Shown: positions 18,302 through 27,283, counted from the stretch's first letter. The stretch: DNA of 64,000 nucleotides from Pirellulaceae bacterium (GCA_041736515.1 JBGSTP010000242.1:8099-72098); one strand, 5' to 3'. A program made the numbers and translations. The notes: generated by a model from the sequence alone, not told the origin.

Positions 18302-19807
18302 CTACTTTGTTTGTTTAGCGCCCGCTTGGGTTGCAGCAGACTTCGGCCGCTTGGCGTTTGATTTTGCCTTCGCTTTCTGAGGAATTGCAGCCTCGTCCGG
18401 TTGGTCCTGCTTGCCAAACTTGGCTCGTCGGTCTCGTTCGTGTCGATCTAGGCTAGTAAAAGTTCCTTCGCGAACCGGCTCGTGTGCCGCCGTGGCGAGC
18501 GCTATTAACTTACTGAGAATCTGTGGCTGAGCGGTGGACAAGTCCTTCGATTCGCTGGGGTCGTCCGCCAAATCATACAGTTCCCAAGCGGACTTGCCCG
18601 AGGGCTTCACCGCCCGCCATTGCTGTTGACGGATGGCTGTCCAGCCGTTGATCTCCCAGTACAAATACTCATGCTGCCGCTGTTTGCCACTTGCCGCTGC
18701 CTCGCCAACTAATGTCGGCAGAACGCTAATCCCGTCAATTCCCGATGGAAGTTTGCTACCAGTGGCCTCTGCAATTGTAGGCAGCATGTCTGGAAAATAG
18801 CTCAAGTGATCGGTGGTCTGTCCCGCAGCGATCTTTCCCGGCCAACGCGCGATAAACGGAACTCGCAAACCTCCTTCGTAGAGGTTGCCCTTCTTGCCCC
18901 GATACTCGACGCCGGTGTTCGGGTTCTTATTGGCGCTATGAATGCCGCGCGGCAATTCCGGTGATGGAAAATAGTCATTACCACCGTTGTCACCGCTGAA
19001 AAACACCAGCGTGTTATCGTCGATCTCAAGTTCTTTAAGCAGCGCGAGTACTTCGCCAACTTGTCGATCGACCATGGTGACCATGGCCGCATAACGCTTG
19101 GCAGGTTCCGGCCAAGCTTCGTTTTTATACATTGCCCAAGCCGGATCTTCGTCCGGAATATCGAAATTGCCATGCGGGGGCGTGTAGGGAAGGTACGCGA
19201 AAAAGGGCTTCTTGGCATTTTCGCGAATGAATTTCATGGCGGCATCGTGGATCACATAATGCGAGTAAGTCTTGCCCGTGCTACCGCCATTGTTGCCTTC
19301 GAGCGGAATTTCTTCGCTGTTGCGAATCAGGTAGGGTGGATAATACGTATGTGCATGGACCTGGTCGTAGTAACCCAAAAACACATCGAAACCATGGTTT
19401 TCAGGTACACCCGTAGAATCGCGGCCTCCACAGCCCCACTTGCCGAAGCCGCCAGTAGCGTAGCCGAGTGGCTTAAGTATGGAGGCGATGGTCGCTTCTT
19501 CAGCACGCAACGGAGTACCGCCTCCGTTCGCACGTACCGAAGTATGCCCACTATGCTTTCCTGTCAAAAATGTGCATCGCGTTGGCGCACAGACCGATGA
19601 ACCGGCAAACAAATTGTTGAACCGAATACCTTCGGAGGCCATTTGATCCAAGTTGGGCGTGCGAATGTTTTTTCCGCCCATAAAACCCGGCTCAAAGTAA
19701 CCGAGCTCGTCCGACATAATGTAAACAATGTTCGGAGAAGCAGCGTCAGCATGTCTCAGTCCAGACGCACTGAGAAGCAATACAAACAGCGGGAAGATTT
19801 TTTTCAT
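18302..19807 (-). CDS. arylsulfatase (formylglycine-dependent sulfatase family)
   Basis: The listed ORF is 18302..19966. I start it at ATG 19807, giving the signal peptide MKKIFPLFVLLLSASGLRHADA. The active-site block SSVCAPTRCTFLTG contains CxPxR. NIVYIMSDELG and FFSGDNGG are typical sulfatase blocks. Confidence 0.9.
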   Translation of the reverse strand: MKKIFPLFVLLLSASGLRHADAASPNIVYIMSDELGYFEPGFMGGKNIRTPNLDQMASEGIRFNNLFAGSSVCAPTRCTFLTGKHSGHTSVRANGGGTPLRAEEATIASILKPLGYATGGFGKWGCGGRDSTGVPENHGFDVFLGYYDQVHAHTYYPPYLIRNSEEIPLEGNNGGSTGKTYSHYVIHDAAMKFIRENAKKPFFAYLPYTPPHGNFDIPDEDPAWAMYKNEAWPEPAKRYAAMVTMVDRQVGEVLALLKELEIDDNTLVFFSGDNGGNDYFPSPELPRGIHSANKNPNTGVEYRGKKGNLYEGGLRVPFIARWPGKIAAGQTTDHLSYFPDMLPTIAEATGSKLPSGIDGISVLPTLVGEAAASGKQRQHEYLYWEINGWTAIRQQQWRAVKPSGKSAWELYDLADDPSESKDLSTAQPQILSKLIALATAAHEPVREGTFTSLDRHERDRRAKFGKQDQPDEAAIPQKAKAKSNAKRPKSAATQAGAKQTK

Positions 19808-19886
19808 TCGATAGTCTCGAGCTGGTACGAAGCTGGGGTGTAGGTGGCAGCAAGCTGCACGCGTTACCAGCAGTCTACCAGTTTTT

Positions 19887-20603
19887 TCATTCTGGCTGTA
19901 GGAGAATCGGTGGTGGCAATAGTCCTGACGCAGCTGGGCTGGCCTCAGGCAGTTCACGATAGCCAACGCCGTAACTGCCGACGTTAGTCAGTTCGCTGGC
20001 AGGACCAATGGCGTTCATCCATTCGGCGGGTAAACCAATTCCAGCGGCAGGGTTTTCGATCATCATCATAATCAGCTTTACAAACTCGGGTTTGGCAGAT
20101 TTCCGTTGTTCCAATTGTTCGCGAAGCTGTTTGGCTTGGGCTTCAATCTCTGCCAGCTGCTGCTCGCGCGTTTCGAGATCTCGATCCATCTGCTCTGCAA
20201 CGAGTGTCTCCAACGCAGTACGTGCCTTTTCTTGAGCTTCGGGACTGTCGTGCTTCTTACGGCATTCCAGGACTGCGTCGCGAAAAATCTCCAGTCGCTT
20301 CAGCTCCTCTTCGGGTACTTCCTCCATGCGAGTTTCAACAATCGTCCGCGTTCGTGTCACGGCTCGATGTACTACGCGTGGATCAACATTACCAAACCCC
20401 TGAGGATAGCCGCCGAGGGCCGCCATCGGATTTCTTCCCTGGGTAGTTGTACGGGGAGCTGTTGTGCGGGAATCTACAGTGGGAGGTTGTGTATAAGTTC
20501 CCATCGCGGGAAGGGAGGGAGCTGTCCTTGACTGTGCGAGAGCACTTGGTGGATTAAATCCGAGAGTCACGCTAGCGATAAAGCAACAAGCGATACGATT
20601 CAT
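19887..20603 (-). CDS. hypothetical secreted protein with central coiled coil
   Basis: It has the signal peptide MNRIACCFIASVTLGFNPPSALAQ and a charged heptad-like region, EQQLAEIEAQAKQLREQLEQRK. I recognise no family. Confidence 0.55.
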   Translation of the reverse strand: MNRIACCFIASVTLGFNPPSALAQSRTAPSLPAMGTYTQPPTVDSRTTAPRTTTQGRNPMAALGGYPQGFGNVDPRVVHRAVTRTRTIVETRMEEVPEEELKRLEIFRDAVLECRKKHDSPEAQEKARTALETLVAEQMDRDLETREQQLAEIEAQAKQLREQLEQRKSAKPEFVKLIMMMIENPAAGIGLPAEWMNAIGPASELTNVGSYGVGYRELPEASPAASGLLPPPILLQPE

Positions 20604-20647
20604 TAGGGTTCTCCTGAACAGTGTTGAAAGTGGATATGAGCGTAGTT

Positions 20648-22357
20648 TTACTGCGTTGAGTACAAGAAAGTTGGTTTCTCAGCCACAGCCCCACAACTGT
20701 CGAGTTGATTGGCGAGCGCCGCGATCCGCGCGGCGAAGGAGCTTGCAGAAACGCTTTCAGTGGCTGTCCACGAGACGTTGTGAGCAGAAGCTGTTTCTAA
20801 CTTGGCTGCAAGCTCACGGATGTCCCGCTTCCACTGATCTTCCGCTGCGAATATTTTTTCCGTATCGAATTGCAACTCGGCTGAAGCTGGTTCTAGCTGG
20901 GGCTCGATAACCGCCGGTGCCAAGAGCGAAGTAGTGTTAGTAGGCAGCGGGCGATTGGATGCACTGCCAGCGTGAAGCTGACCAGCGGCTTGCAGGGGCG
21001 CAGCGCCCGCCAAGCGCGAAACCCCAGTTGTCAGCGAATGGCTATGCGGCTGTGGCGCGACGCTATTTAGCTGTGGTGCGATCAGTCCGCGGTTCGTTTG
21101 AAACCAGGGCAGCCAATCCTTTGGGACGCTAATGAGCACGGCTAGAGTGACTAGGACAGCTGCGGCCGCGATGCTCCACACACCGCGTGTATTGCGCAAC
21201 GGACGTGATTCAATGCTCAGGCGTCCCTCCTGGATGGCGGCCAACAAGCGTTCGAGCGCAGATTCTACTGCCTCCGCAGATTCGAAACGCTTGGCAGCGC
21301 GCTTTGACAACAGGCGATCGACCAATTGCGAAAGCTCGCGCGGGACTGCACTATTTACGGAACTCAGTGGCCGGTGAGGGTGATGGCAAATACGGTTGAG
21401 TACAGCCATGGTCGATTCGGCGCGAAACGGCGGTCGTCCTGCGAGCATGAAGTACAGCGTACAACCGAGACTAAACAAATCGCTGCGGGCGTCGATGGAC
21501 TCACCGTTGGCTTGCTCGGGAGACATATAGTGCGGAGTACCAGCGACAATTCCAGTGCGCGTCAGGCTCGCATCATCGACGGTACGGGCTAATCCGAAAT
21601 CGGACAATTGAACGCGATCGACGCCCTCTTCCAATAATATGTTGGCCGGTTTAACGTCGCGATGCACCAGTCCTTGGGTATGAGCGGCTGTGAGGGCCGC
21701 CGCCGTTTGCCGTGCAATTCTTAGTGCTGTCGAAATTTCTAGCGGACCATCGCGGTCCACACGAGCTTGGAGCGATGGACCCGCAACGAACTGCATCACG
21801 AAGTACGGCAACCGGCCTTCGGACTCCACGTTGAAAATGGGCAGAACGTTAGGATGCAATACGGCCGCCGCGGCGCGGGCCTCGCGCGAAAAGCGGCGGC
21901 GGGCGGAACTGCTGTTCGCTAAATGCGGAGACAGCACCTTGATCGCCACAACTCGATTCAATTCCGTGTCGTGCGCCTTGAGAACGATTCCCATCCCCCC
22001 ACTGCCAACAACTCGCTCGACATCGTATCGTCCCAATCGACCCAGCAACTCGGGATGACTCGGAGTGTCTAAAAAGTTTAGATCGATTGTTTCAAAGTCC
22101 ATGGATACTTGCTCGGAAAGCATCGATGTCAATTCGATTGTGACTGCGGTTTGGACTTGACTACACAGCAAATCTTCTTGAGCTGCAGTCCGCAGATGTT
22201 GCCACTCGACCGGTGAAATGCATTGGTCGCCCGACAATTCAGCCAATCGCGACTGGCAAACTGCACACTGTCCCAAATGGTTTTCCACAGCTGGCGAGTT
22301 GTCGTTGTGCTCGCTGGCCCCCAGAATTTGCTTGAGTTCGGCATCACGACAATGCAT
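20648..22357 (-). CDS. Ser/Thr protein kinase with N-terminal zinc anti-sigma-like motif, one TM helix and an extracytoplasmic C-terminal region
   Basis: Kinase motifs are GSGGMGIVLKA, VVAIKVL, HRDVKPANILL, SDFGLAR and GTPHYMSPE. The N-terminus has C3...H27-x3-C31-x2-C34. The TM helix is VWSIAAAAVLVTLAVLISV. Its ATG overlaps the upstream ECF sigma gene by 14 nt. Confidence 0.9.
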   Translation of the reverse strand: MHCRDAELKQILGASEHNDNSPAVENHLGQCAVCQSRLAELSGDQCISPVEWQHLRTAAQEDLLCSQVQTAVTIELTSMLSEQVSMDFETIDLNFLDTPSHPELLGRLGRYDVERVVGSGGMGIVLKAHDTELNRVVAIKVLSPHLANSSSARRRFSREARAAAAVLHPNVLPIFNVESEGRLPYFVMQFVAGPSLQARVDRDGPLEISTALRIARQTAAALTAAHTQGLVHRDVKPANILLEEGVDRVQLSDFGLARTVDDASLTRTGIVAGTPHYMSPEQANGESIDARSDLFSLGCTLYFMLAGRPPFRAESTMAVLNRICHHPHRPLSSVNSAVPRELSQLVDRLLSKRAAKRFESAEAVESALERLLAAIQEGRLSIESRPLRNTRGVWSIAAAAVLVTLAVLISVPKDWLPWFQTNRGLIAPQLNSVAPQPHSHSLTTGVSRLAGAAPLQAAGQLHAGSASNRPLPTNTTSLLAPAVIEPQLEPASAELQFDTEKIFAAEDQWKRDIRELAAKLETASAHNVSWTATESVSASSFAARIAALANQLDSCGAVAEKPTFLYSTQ

Positions 22358-22952
22358 TCTCGGCCTCCAATCGATGGACTTCCTCTCTAAGTCTCGCGAT
22401 AACGCGCGAGCGCGCTATGTATACAGCCCCAACCGTCATATTCAAACTGCTGGCCACGTCGCTGGCAGGCTGCGCGAGCACGGCTGTCGACCAGAATGCC
22501 TGCCAGGTATTCGGCTGCACGTCGCGTTTGACACGGGCTGCAGCGTAACGAAACATCTCGCGTTGATAGTCGAGTTCGATCCCGTCCTCGGGTTGTGAAG
22601 CGGCGAGTTGCTGTAGGACTTGGACTTGCGTTGTTCCTCCAATCGCGCGATCAGGTTTTCTACCCGACAATAGGTTTATCAGTTGATTCCGCGCAATACG
22701 AAATAACCAGCCACGAAAGCGACCTCGCTGGGGGTCCGGTTGCCAGCGGTCCACCGAGCGGGCGACTGCCAGCATTACCTGTTGAACCAATTCGCGGGCA
22801 TCGTCTTCTTGCAATCCACGGCTACGGGCCAGACGCAATATAAAAGGTTCATAGACATCGACAAACTCGCGCCAAGCTTCCAGGTCGGAAGCTTGAGGAA
22901 GTCGCAGGATCAAGCTGGTTTTCGTATCCGGGATCAATTCCGCACCCTTCAT
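22344..22952 (-). CDS. ECF-type RNA polymerase sigma-70 family factor
   Basis: 202 aa. The sigma-2-like region is WREFVDVYEPFILRLARSRGLQEDDARELVQQVMLAV. The sigma-4 HTH is VASSLNMTVGAVYIARSRVIARLRE. Confidence 0.85.
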   Translation of the reverse strand: MKGAELIPDTKTSLILRLPQASDLEAWREFVDVYEPFILRLARSRGLQEDDARELVQQVMLAVARSVDRWQPDPQRGRFRGWLFRIARNQLINLLSGRKPDRAIGGTTQVQVLQQLAASQPEDGIELDYQREMFRYAAARVKRDVQPNTWQAFWSTAVLAQPASDVASSLNMTVGAVYIARSRVIARLREEVHRLEAENALS

Positions 22953-23124
22953 TGCGCGAGTCGTAGAACAATATCCGCAGGTCGGAATCGTTCACTAGGC
23001 ACTATTAAACACCATCAATAACGATGCAATCTTTCTCCAAGCTGGGAAGAATTTTTGAAAATCAGATTTAACTCGTTGGGCAAGGCTGCTTTTATGCATG
23101 GTCTGTCTGGGGCGCGAGCCAAAA

Positions 23125-23287
23125 ACAGGACCGTCTGGCGACAAAAAACAAAGTGGCTACGTTAGCAGACTTTATAAACAAAAAACGTAGCCACACGCTG
23201 CCAAGCGGCGGCAATTAAACCTAGCCAAACACAGGACCGCTGGCGAACGTGGCTACATTAGCAGACTTTATAAACAAAAAACGTAGC
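23125..23287. repeat. two direct copies of a ~60-nt element with embedded hairpin
   Basis: Copy A is 23125-23191 and copy B is 23231-23287. They share ACAGGACCG(T)CTGGCGA and a 39-nt core GTGGCTAC(G/A)TTAGCAGACTTTATAAACAAAAAACGTAGC with one mismatch. Confidence 0.85.
23153..23194 (-). terminator. hairpin (11-bp perfect stem GTGGCTACGTT/AACGTAGCCAC, 20-nt loop) followed on the minus strand by TTTGTTTTTTG
   Basis: Seen directly in the sequence. It lies downstream of the M48 peptidase gene and upstream of the ECF sigma gene. Confidence 0.45.
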
Positions 23288-23292
23288 AATTG

Positions 23293-24258
23293 TCAGAATC
23301 GTTTTACATCGCGAGGTAAACGTCGCTGAAGATTTTCGCGACCGATATAAAGCGGAGGCTGCTGGGGAAGAGCGTCAAACCGACTTAACAAAGCAAGAGC
23401 ACGTTTGCCAGCATCGGGATGGCTCTTGACGAAACTAGGGATCGCATCAAGCCACGGAGTCTGAGTGTTTTGTCGCTTATCCCAATTATCCAACAGGTGA
23501 GCCAACTCTCTCGGATCGTAGCCCGCGGCGATGCTCCACGCAAAGGCATCGGCATCCGCTTCGCTCTCGAATTCAGGATGAAAGGGTTTAACGACGGCGA
23601 ACGCATTCATCATGGCATTCAAGTTTTGCGGTCTGGCGAGCAATTTGTTCTGCTTCAAGGGAAGTAGCAGATGTCCGCGATCCAAATGAGAGAGTTCGTG
23701 TCCAATTACTCCAATTAAGGCTGCCTCGGATTCGGCTGTGGCTAACAGGCCGCTGGTAAACAGGAGATTGCCACCCGGAATAGACAAGGCGTCGGGTTTT
23801 TCTGAAGTCACAATACCGATGCGTAAATTTTGATAGCGTTTGGCTTGCTGCATTTGAGGTTGGATGACGTCGGTCAACTTCTTAAGGTACTCAACATCTG
23901 GGCCATGACGCACGATGAGGGGACGCACGATAAGGGGACGCACCAGAGGGGTGCCAGCACTTTTCAATTGTTTTTCGTAATTTGCGAGTATGCGTGAGCC
24001 AAAGGTCTGTTCTTCGCTCCAGCTAATTTCGATGGCCTCGAGCAATCGTCGATTTTCTGGCGATATTTCTTTGATGAAACCAGGGATAAACACTTCCAGC
24101 TCAGACGCCCCATTTCCGTTGGAGAGCCCGAGCATTGCTTCTGCAATTGACGGTGGGGGCTGCGCGTGCAGCGTTCTGGAGCTAATCGCTGCACTAAAAG
24201 TGACAAGCATCAACAATCCACAGGCTGATAGATGGTCTGGAAGATATGCGTGTCGCAT
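23293..24258 (-). CDS. secreted M48-family zinc metallopeptidase
   Basis: HExxH lies in AALIGVIGHELSHLDRGH, and there is an N-terminal signal peptide. The gene starts 9 nt after the stop of the VWA gene. Confidence 0.8.
   Translation of the reverse strand: MRHAYLPDHLSACGLLMLVTFSAAISSRTLHAQPPPSIAEAMLGLSNGNGASELEVFIPGFIKEISPENRRLLEAIEISWSEEQTFGSRILANYEKQLKSAGTPLVRPLIVRPLIVRHGPDVEYLKKLTDVIQPQMQQAKRYQNLRIGIVTSEKPDALSIPGGNLLFTSGLLATAESEAALIGVIGHELSHLDRGHLLLPLKQNKLLARPQNLNAMMNAFAVVKPFHPEFESEADADAFAWSIAAGYDPRELAHLLDNWDKRQNTQTPWLDAIPSFVKSHPDAGKRALALLSRFDALPQQPPLYIGRENLQRRLPRDVKRF
23908..23949. repeat. in-frame tandem repeat inside the M48 gene (15 + 15 + 12 nt)
   Basis: ACGCACGATGAGGGG (23908-23922) and ACGCACGATAAGGGG (23923-23937) differ at one position, and a degenerate 12-nt copy follows. 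The repeat encodes PLVR-PLIVR-PLIVR. Confidence 0.85.
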
Positions 24259-24267
24259 CGATAACTC

Positions 24268-26241
24268 TCAAACTGCAACGCGGCGATTGTAAAGGTACCA
24301 TTCGACTGAGAGTACGATCAGAGCGAGTGCCAATAGCCAACGCCATAATTCGAATCGAGCAATGTCTTTTTGGGTTTGATTAGCAACTACGCTGGTGGCG
24401 CCAATCTTGACGTCGGGCGCTACCAGAATATTACTTTCTTGCTCGCTAAATAAGTTGACCGTGAAGATCTGCAGAACGCGATCCGTGTTTGTGGGCTTTG
24501 TTTCGTAGAAACCCGCGTCTTCGGTTTGCGTAAAGATGACATTGGGCTGGCCAGCGCGCTGGAGAGTCGCCGTTCTGCCCGATGGTGAGCTAACGCGGAT
24601 TTTGTCAAAGCGGCTGGAGATGTTCAGGGCCACTGGTTGCCCCGGTCGAACGGTTTTGGCGCTAGACGTGGAAACGGCCCCACCTAGGAACGAGAGCGAA
24701 TTGAACACGAAAACAGGAAAACTACGCTTTATCGGCCAGTCGGTATTGGCAACGGAGCCTTCCGCTGTCCGCTTCGTCAGTGACATGCCCAGCACGGCGT
24801 CCTGGTAGGCTTCGCGGGGGGCAACGGCCATCAAAATTCCCGCGTCCGTCCGCAGCAGCTCCGTGCCACCGCGTGGCAGTTCCAACGCCATGCCTGCCAC
24901 GATGCGAACGGTGCCCATATCGACATATTGCAACATGGGGTGTGCGCGATTCGTATCGATGATAAACAGTGGACCTCCCGCCTCCATAGCCTTCCAATCG
25001 TCGCCCGGTGGAGTCGCTCCCAAGAACATCGTATTCGCATTGGGCAATTTCTCGGGAGCGCATTGATCGTAAATAAACAAGTCCACTTGGCCCGATGCAG
25101 CAAGTTGTTCTATTTCAAGCGTCTTCAGACTGGCTGGCTCGATTATGCGGATTGACGCCAGCGCTTGGGTCTGGGGAGTTGCCAAGGCCGCTTCCAGGGC
25201 CGTGTTCCCTTCGGTGACCAGGACGGCTTCCAGCTGCCGGGGCGGATCGAGTCCAGCGAATGCGCGGTTGTCTGGCGCAAAGTCATCCACCACGTCCAAT
25301 TCCAACTCCAGACGACCTTCAGGAATTTCTGCCAGATCGAAACTTACGCCCGAGCTTTCGCCTCCGGCGATCGTTAACTCGGAAGCATCGACAAGTTCTG
25401 CGTTGAGTTTGAGCGTGGCGGTAAAGCTCATCGTCTCCGCTCCAAAGTTCCGCACTCTCGCGAAGGCTTCGATTTGACCGTTTTTCTCAAGATTGCGCTC
25501 TACTGTGAAGGCCAGGATGCCGACATTCGATGGAGTGTCTGTTCCGATAGGAATGTATTCTGCCGACAGATTGCCGAGGTCTATTTGCGGTGTTCCGAAC
25601 CCACCGTCGCTGAGAATATAAAGTGTCGCGGGCATGGCTTCCGCGACTTGAACATCGTTCATGTCTTCAATTTGGCTGGTTCTGCCAGGGTTTGCCAAAC
25701 CGGCGGCCGCGCGGAGCGCTTCGTTCAAATCGGTTGTTCGGTTGGTGGCAACAATACTTTCAATGGCTGCACGCAGTTTTTTCTTGTCCGATGTGAATCC
25801 CTGTTTCACATCGGCGCGGTCCGAAAATGCGATCACCATGCCCACGTCGCCTCGGTTGAGCGAATCGATCATGCGGATGGCCTCTCGCTTGGCAAACTCC
25901 AAACGCGATTGGTTGACATCGGTAGCCTGCATGCTACTTGAATTGTCGATCATGAATATCGAGCGATCGCCCAGTTTCTCCTCGCCGCGATAGCCGGGGC
26001 GCAGACAGGCCAATGCGAGAAATAGCACGACGAGAAGCTGCAGGAGCAGTAACAGGTTTTTGCGTAGTCGCTGCCAAATGCTGTTGACATGAAGGTCCTC
26101 GATGGTCTTTTTCCAGAGGTAGGTACTCGGAACTGCCACTGGCATTCGCCTCAGCTTGAGGAAGTACAGCATGATGATAAGCGGCGGGATGGCAGCCATA
26201 ATCAACCATTGCCACCAGCTCAGCATATTGATTGGACTCAT
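24268..26241 (-). CDS. BatA-type N-terminal double-TM domain + von Willebrand factor A domain membrane protein
   Basis: The N-terminus WQWLIMAAIPPLIIMLYFLKLRRMPVAVPSTYLW resembles the aerotolerance BatA N-domain. A VWA MIDAS-like motif (IFMIDNSSSM) and a C-terminal TM helix are present. The start ATG overlaps the DUF58 stop (ATGA). Confidence 0.8.
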   Translation of the reverse strand: MSPINMLSWWQWLIMAAIPPLIIMLYFLKLRRMPVAVPSTYLWKKTIEDLHVNSIWQRLRKNLLLLLQLLVVLFLALACLRPGYRGEEKLGDRSIFMIDNSSSMQATDVNQSRLEFAKREAIRMIDSLNRGDVGMVIAFSDRADVKQGFTSDKKKLRAAIESIVATNRTTDLNEALRAAAGLANPGRTSQIEDMNDVQVAEAMPATLYILSDGGFGTPQIDLGNLSAEYIPIGTDTPSNVGILAFTVERNLEKNGQIEAFARVRNFGAETMSFTATLKLNAELVDASELTIAGGESSGVSFDLAEIPEGRLELELDVVDDFAPDNRAFAGLDPPRQLEAVLVTEGNTALEAALATPQTQALASIRIIEPASLKTLEIEQLAASGQVDLFIYDQCAPEKLPNANTMFLGATPPGDDWKAMEAGGPLFIIDTNRAHPMLQYVDMGTVRIVAGMALELPRGGTELLRTDAGILMAVAPREAYQDAVLGMSLTKRTAEGSVANTDWPIKRSFPVFVFNSLSFLGGAVSTSSAKTVRPGQPVALNISSRFDKIRVSSPSGRTATLQRAGQPNVIFTQTEDAGFYETKPTNTDRVLQIFTVNLFSEQESNILVAPDVKIGATSVVANQTQKDIARFELWRWLLALALIVLSVEWYLYNRRVAV

Positions 26242-27131
26242 CGTACCAAGCCTCGCTCTCGCAAATATTGTCCGACCAGAACGTCCGTTGCTTGATCGCT
26301 GCGAGTGAGCATGTAGGTCATTCCACGCTGGGCGCAGAACCGTCGCGCCTGGTCAACAAAGGCCGCCAAGGTGGCCTTATATTTCTTCAGGACGGCCGTA
26401 CTCACCGATATTTCCGCCTCATCCTCGTCCTCGCAATCGACGAGTTTCAAATCACCCGCCAGAGATGGATCCATTTCTTCTGGGCTGAGCATCTGCAATA
26501 CGAACACATCCATCTGTTGACCAACCAGCAATCGCAGAGCAGATTCGTACCCCTTTTTGTCCATTAAATCTGTAAGCAAAACCACAATGCCGCGCCCCGC
26601 GGCGCGAAGACAGAAACGCTTGATCGAATCCGAAAGATCGAACAGCTGATTGGGTTCGACAGAGTTCACAAATTCTGTCATCCGCCAGAGTTGGGAACGT
26701 CCGCGAAGTACAGGGCTGGTGCGATTCTCGCTACCAAGAAACTCGATTCGAACACGGTCGCCACGGCACATCCCCACAAACGCCAGGGCTGCGGCGACTT
26801 GTTTGGCAGCGAAGAATTTGGTCGGATTTCCGAAATCCATGGAAGGACTGGAGTCCACTAAGAAATAGACGTGCAAGTCCTCTTCTTCGAGAAATAGCTT
26901 TAGGTAAAGTTTGTCGAGCCTCGCATAGAGATTCCAATCGACAAAACGCAAGTCGTCTCCCGGTACATAATTTCGAAAATCTGCGAACTCAACACTTTGG
27001 CCTTTTCGTTTACTTCGACGTTCACCTTTTAATCGACCACGAAAGACCTTACGACTTACCAATTCCATGCGCTCCAGTCGCGCCAACAATTGGGGTGGCA
27101 GCAGGTCGGTGGAAGCGGTTTGGGCTGTCAT
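26238..27131 (-). CDS. DUF58 domain protein
   Basis: The listed ORF is 26238..27254; I prefer ATG 27131 (297 aa). The hallmark block is GQSVEFADFRNYVPGDDLRFVDWN. Confidence 0.8.
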   Translation of the reverse strand: MTAQTASTDLLPPQLLARLERMELVSRKVFRGRLKGERRSKRKGQSVEFADFRNYVPGDDLRFVDWNLYARLDKLYLKLFLEEEDLHVYFLVDSSPSMDFGNPTKFFAAKQVAAALAFVGMCRGDRVRIEFLGSENRTSPVLRGRSQLWRMTEFVNSVEPNQLFDLSDSIKRFCLRAAGRGIVVLLTDLMDKKGYESALRLLVGQQMDVFVLQMLSPEEMDPSLAGDLKLVDCEDEDEAEISVSTAVLKKYKATLAAFVDQARRFCAQRGMTYMLTRSDQATDVLVGQYLRERGLVR

Positions 27132-27283
27132 CGAATTCTTTCTTTTGGCAAACGAACTAGTCAGACATTCGCCATCTTTTACTGGCTGCAGGCTTGCGAA
27201 GTCCTCGATCGCACACAGTATACTACCATCCGACCAGCCAATTCGCATCACCACCCCATCTTGACATGTGGAGTTCAGATTTC

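Noticed and set aside
19808-19966. An N-terminal extension of the sulfatase ORF that would overlap the 3' end of the gene at 19887..20603.
   Set aside because: ATG 19807 is immediately followed by a textbook signal peptide, and the extension would bury that peptide 53 residues into the protein.
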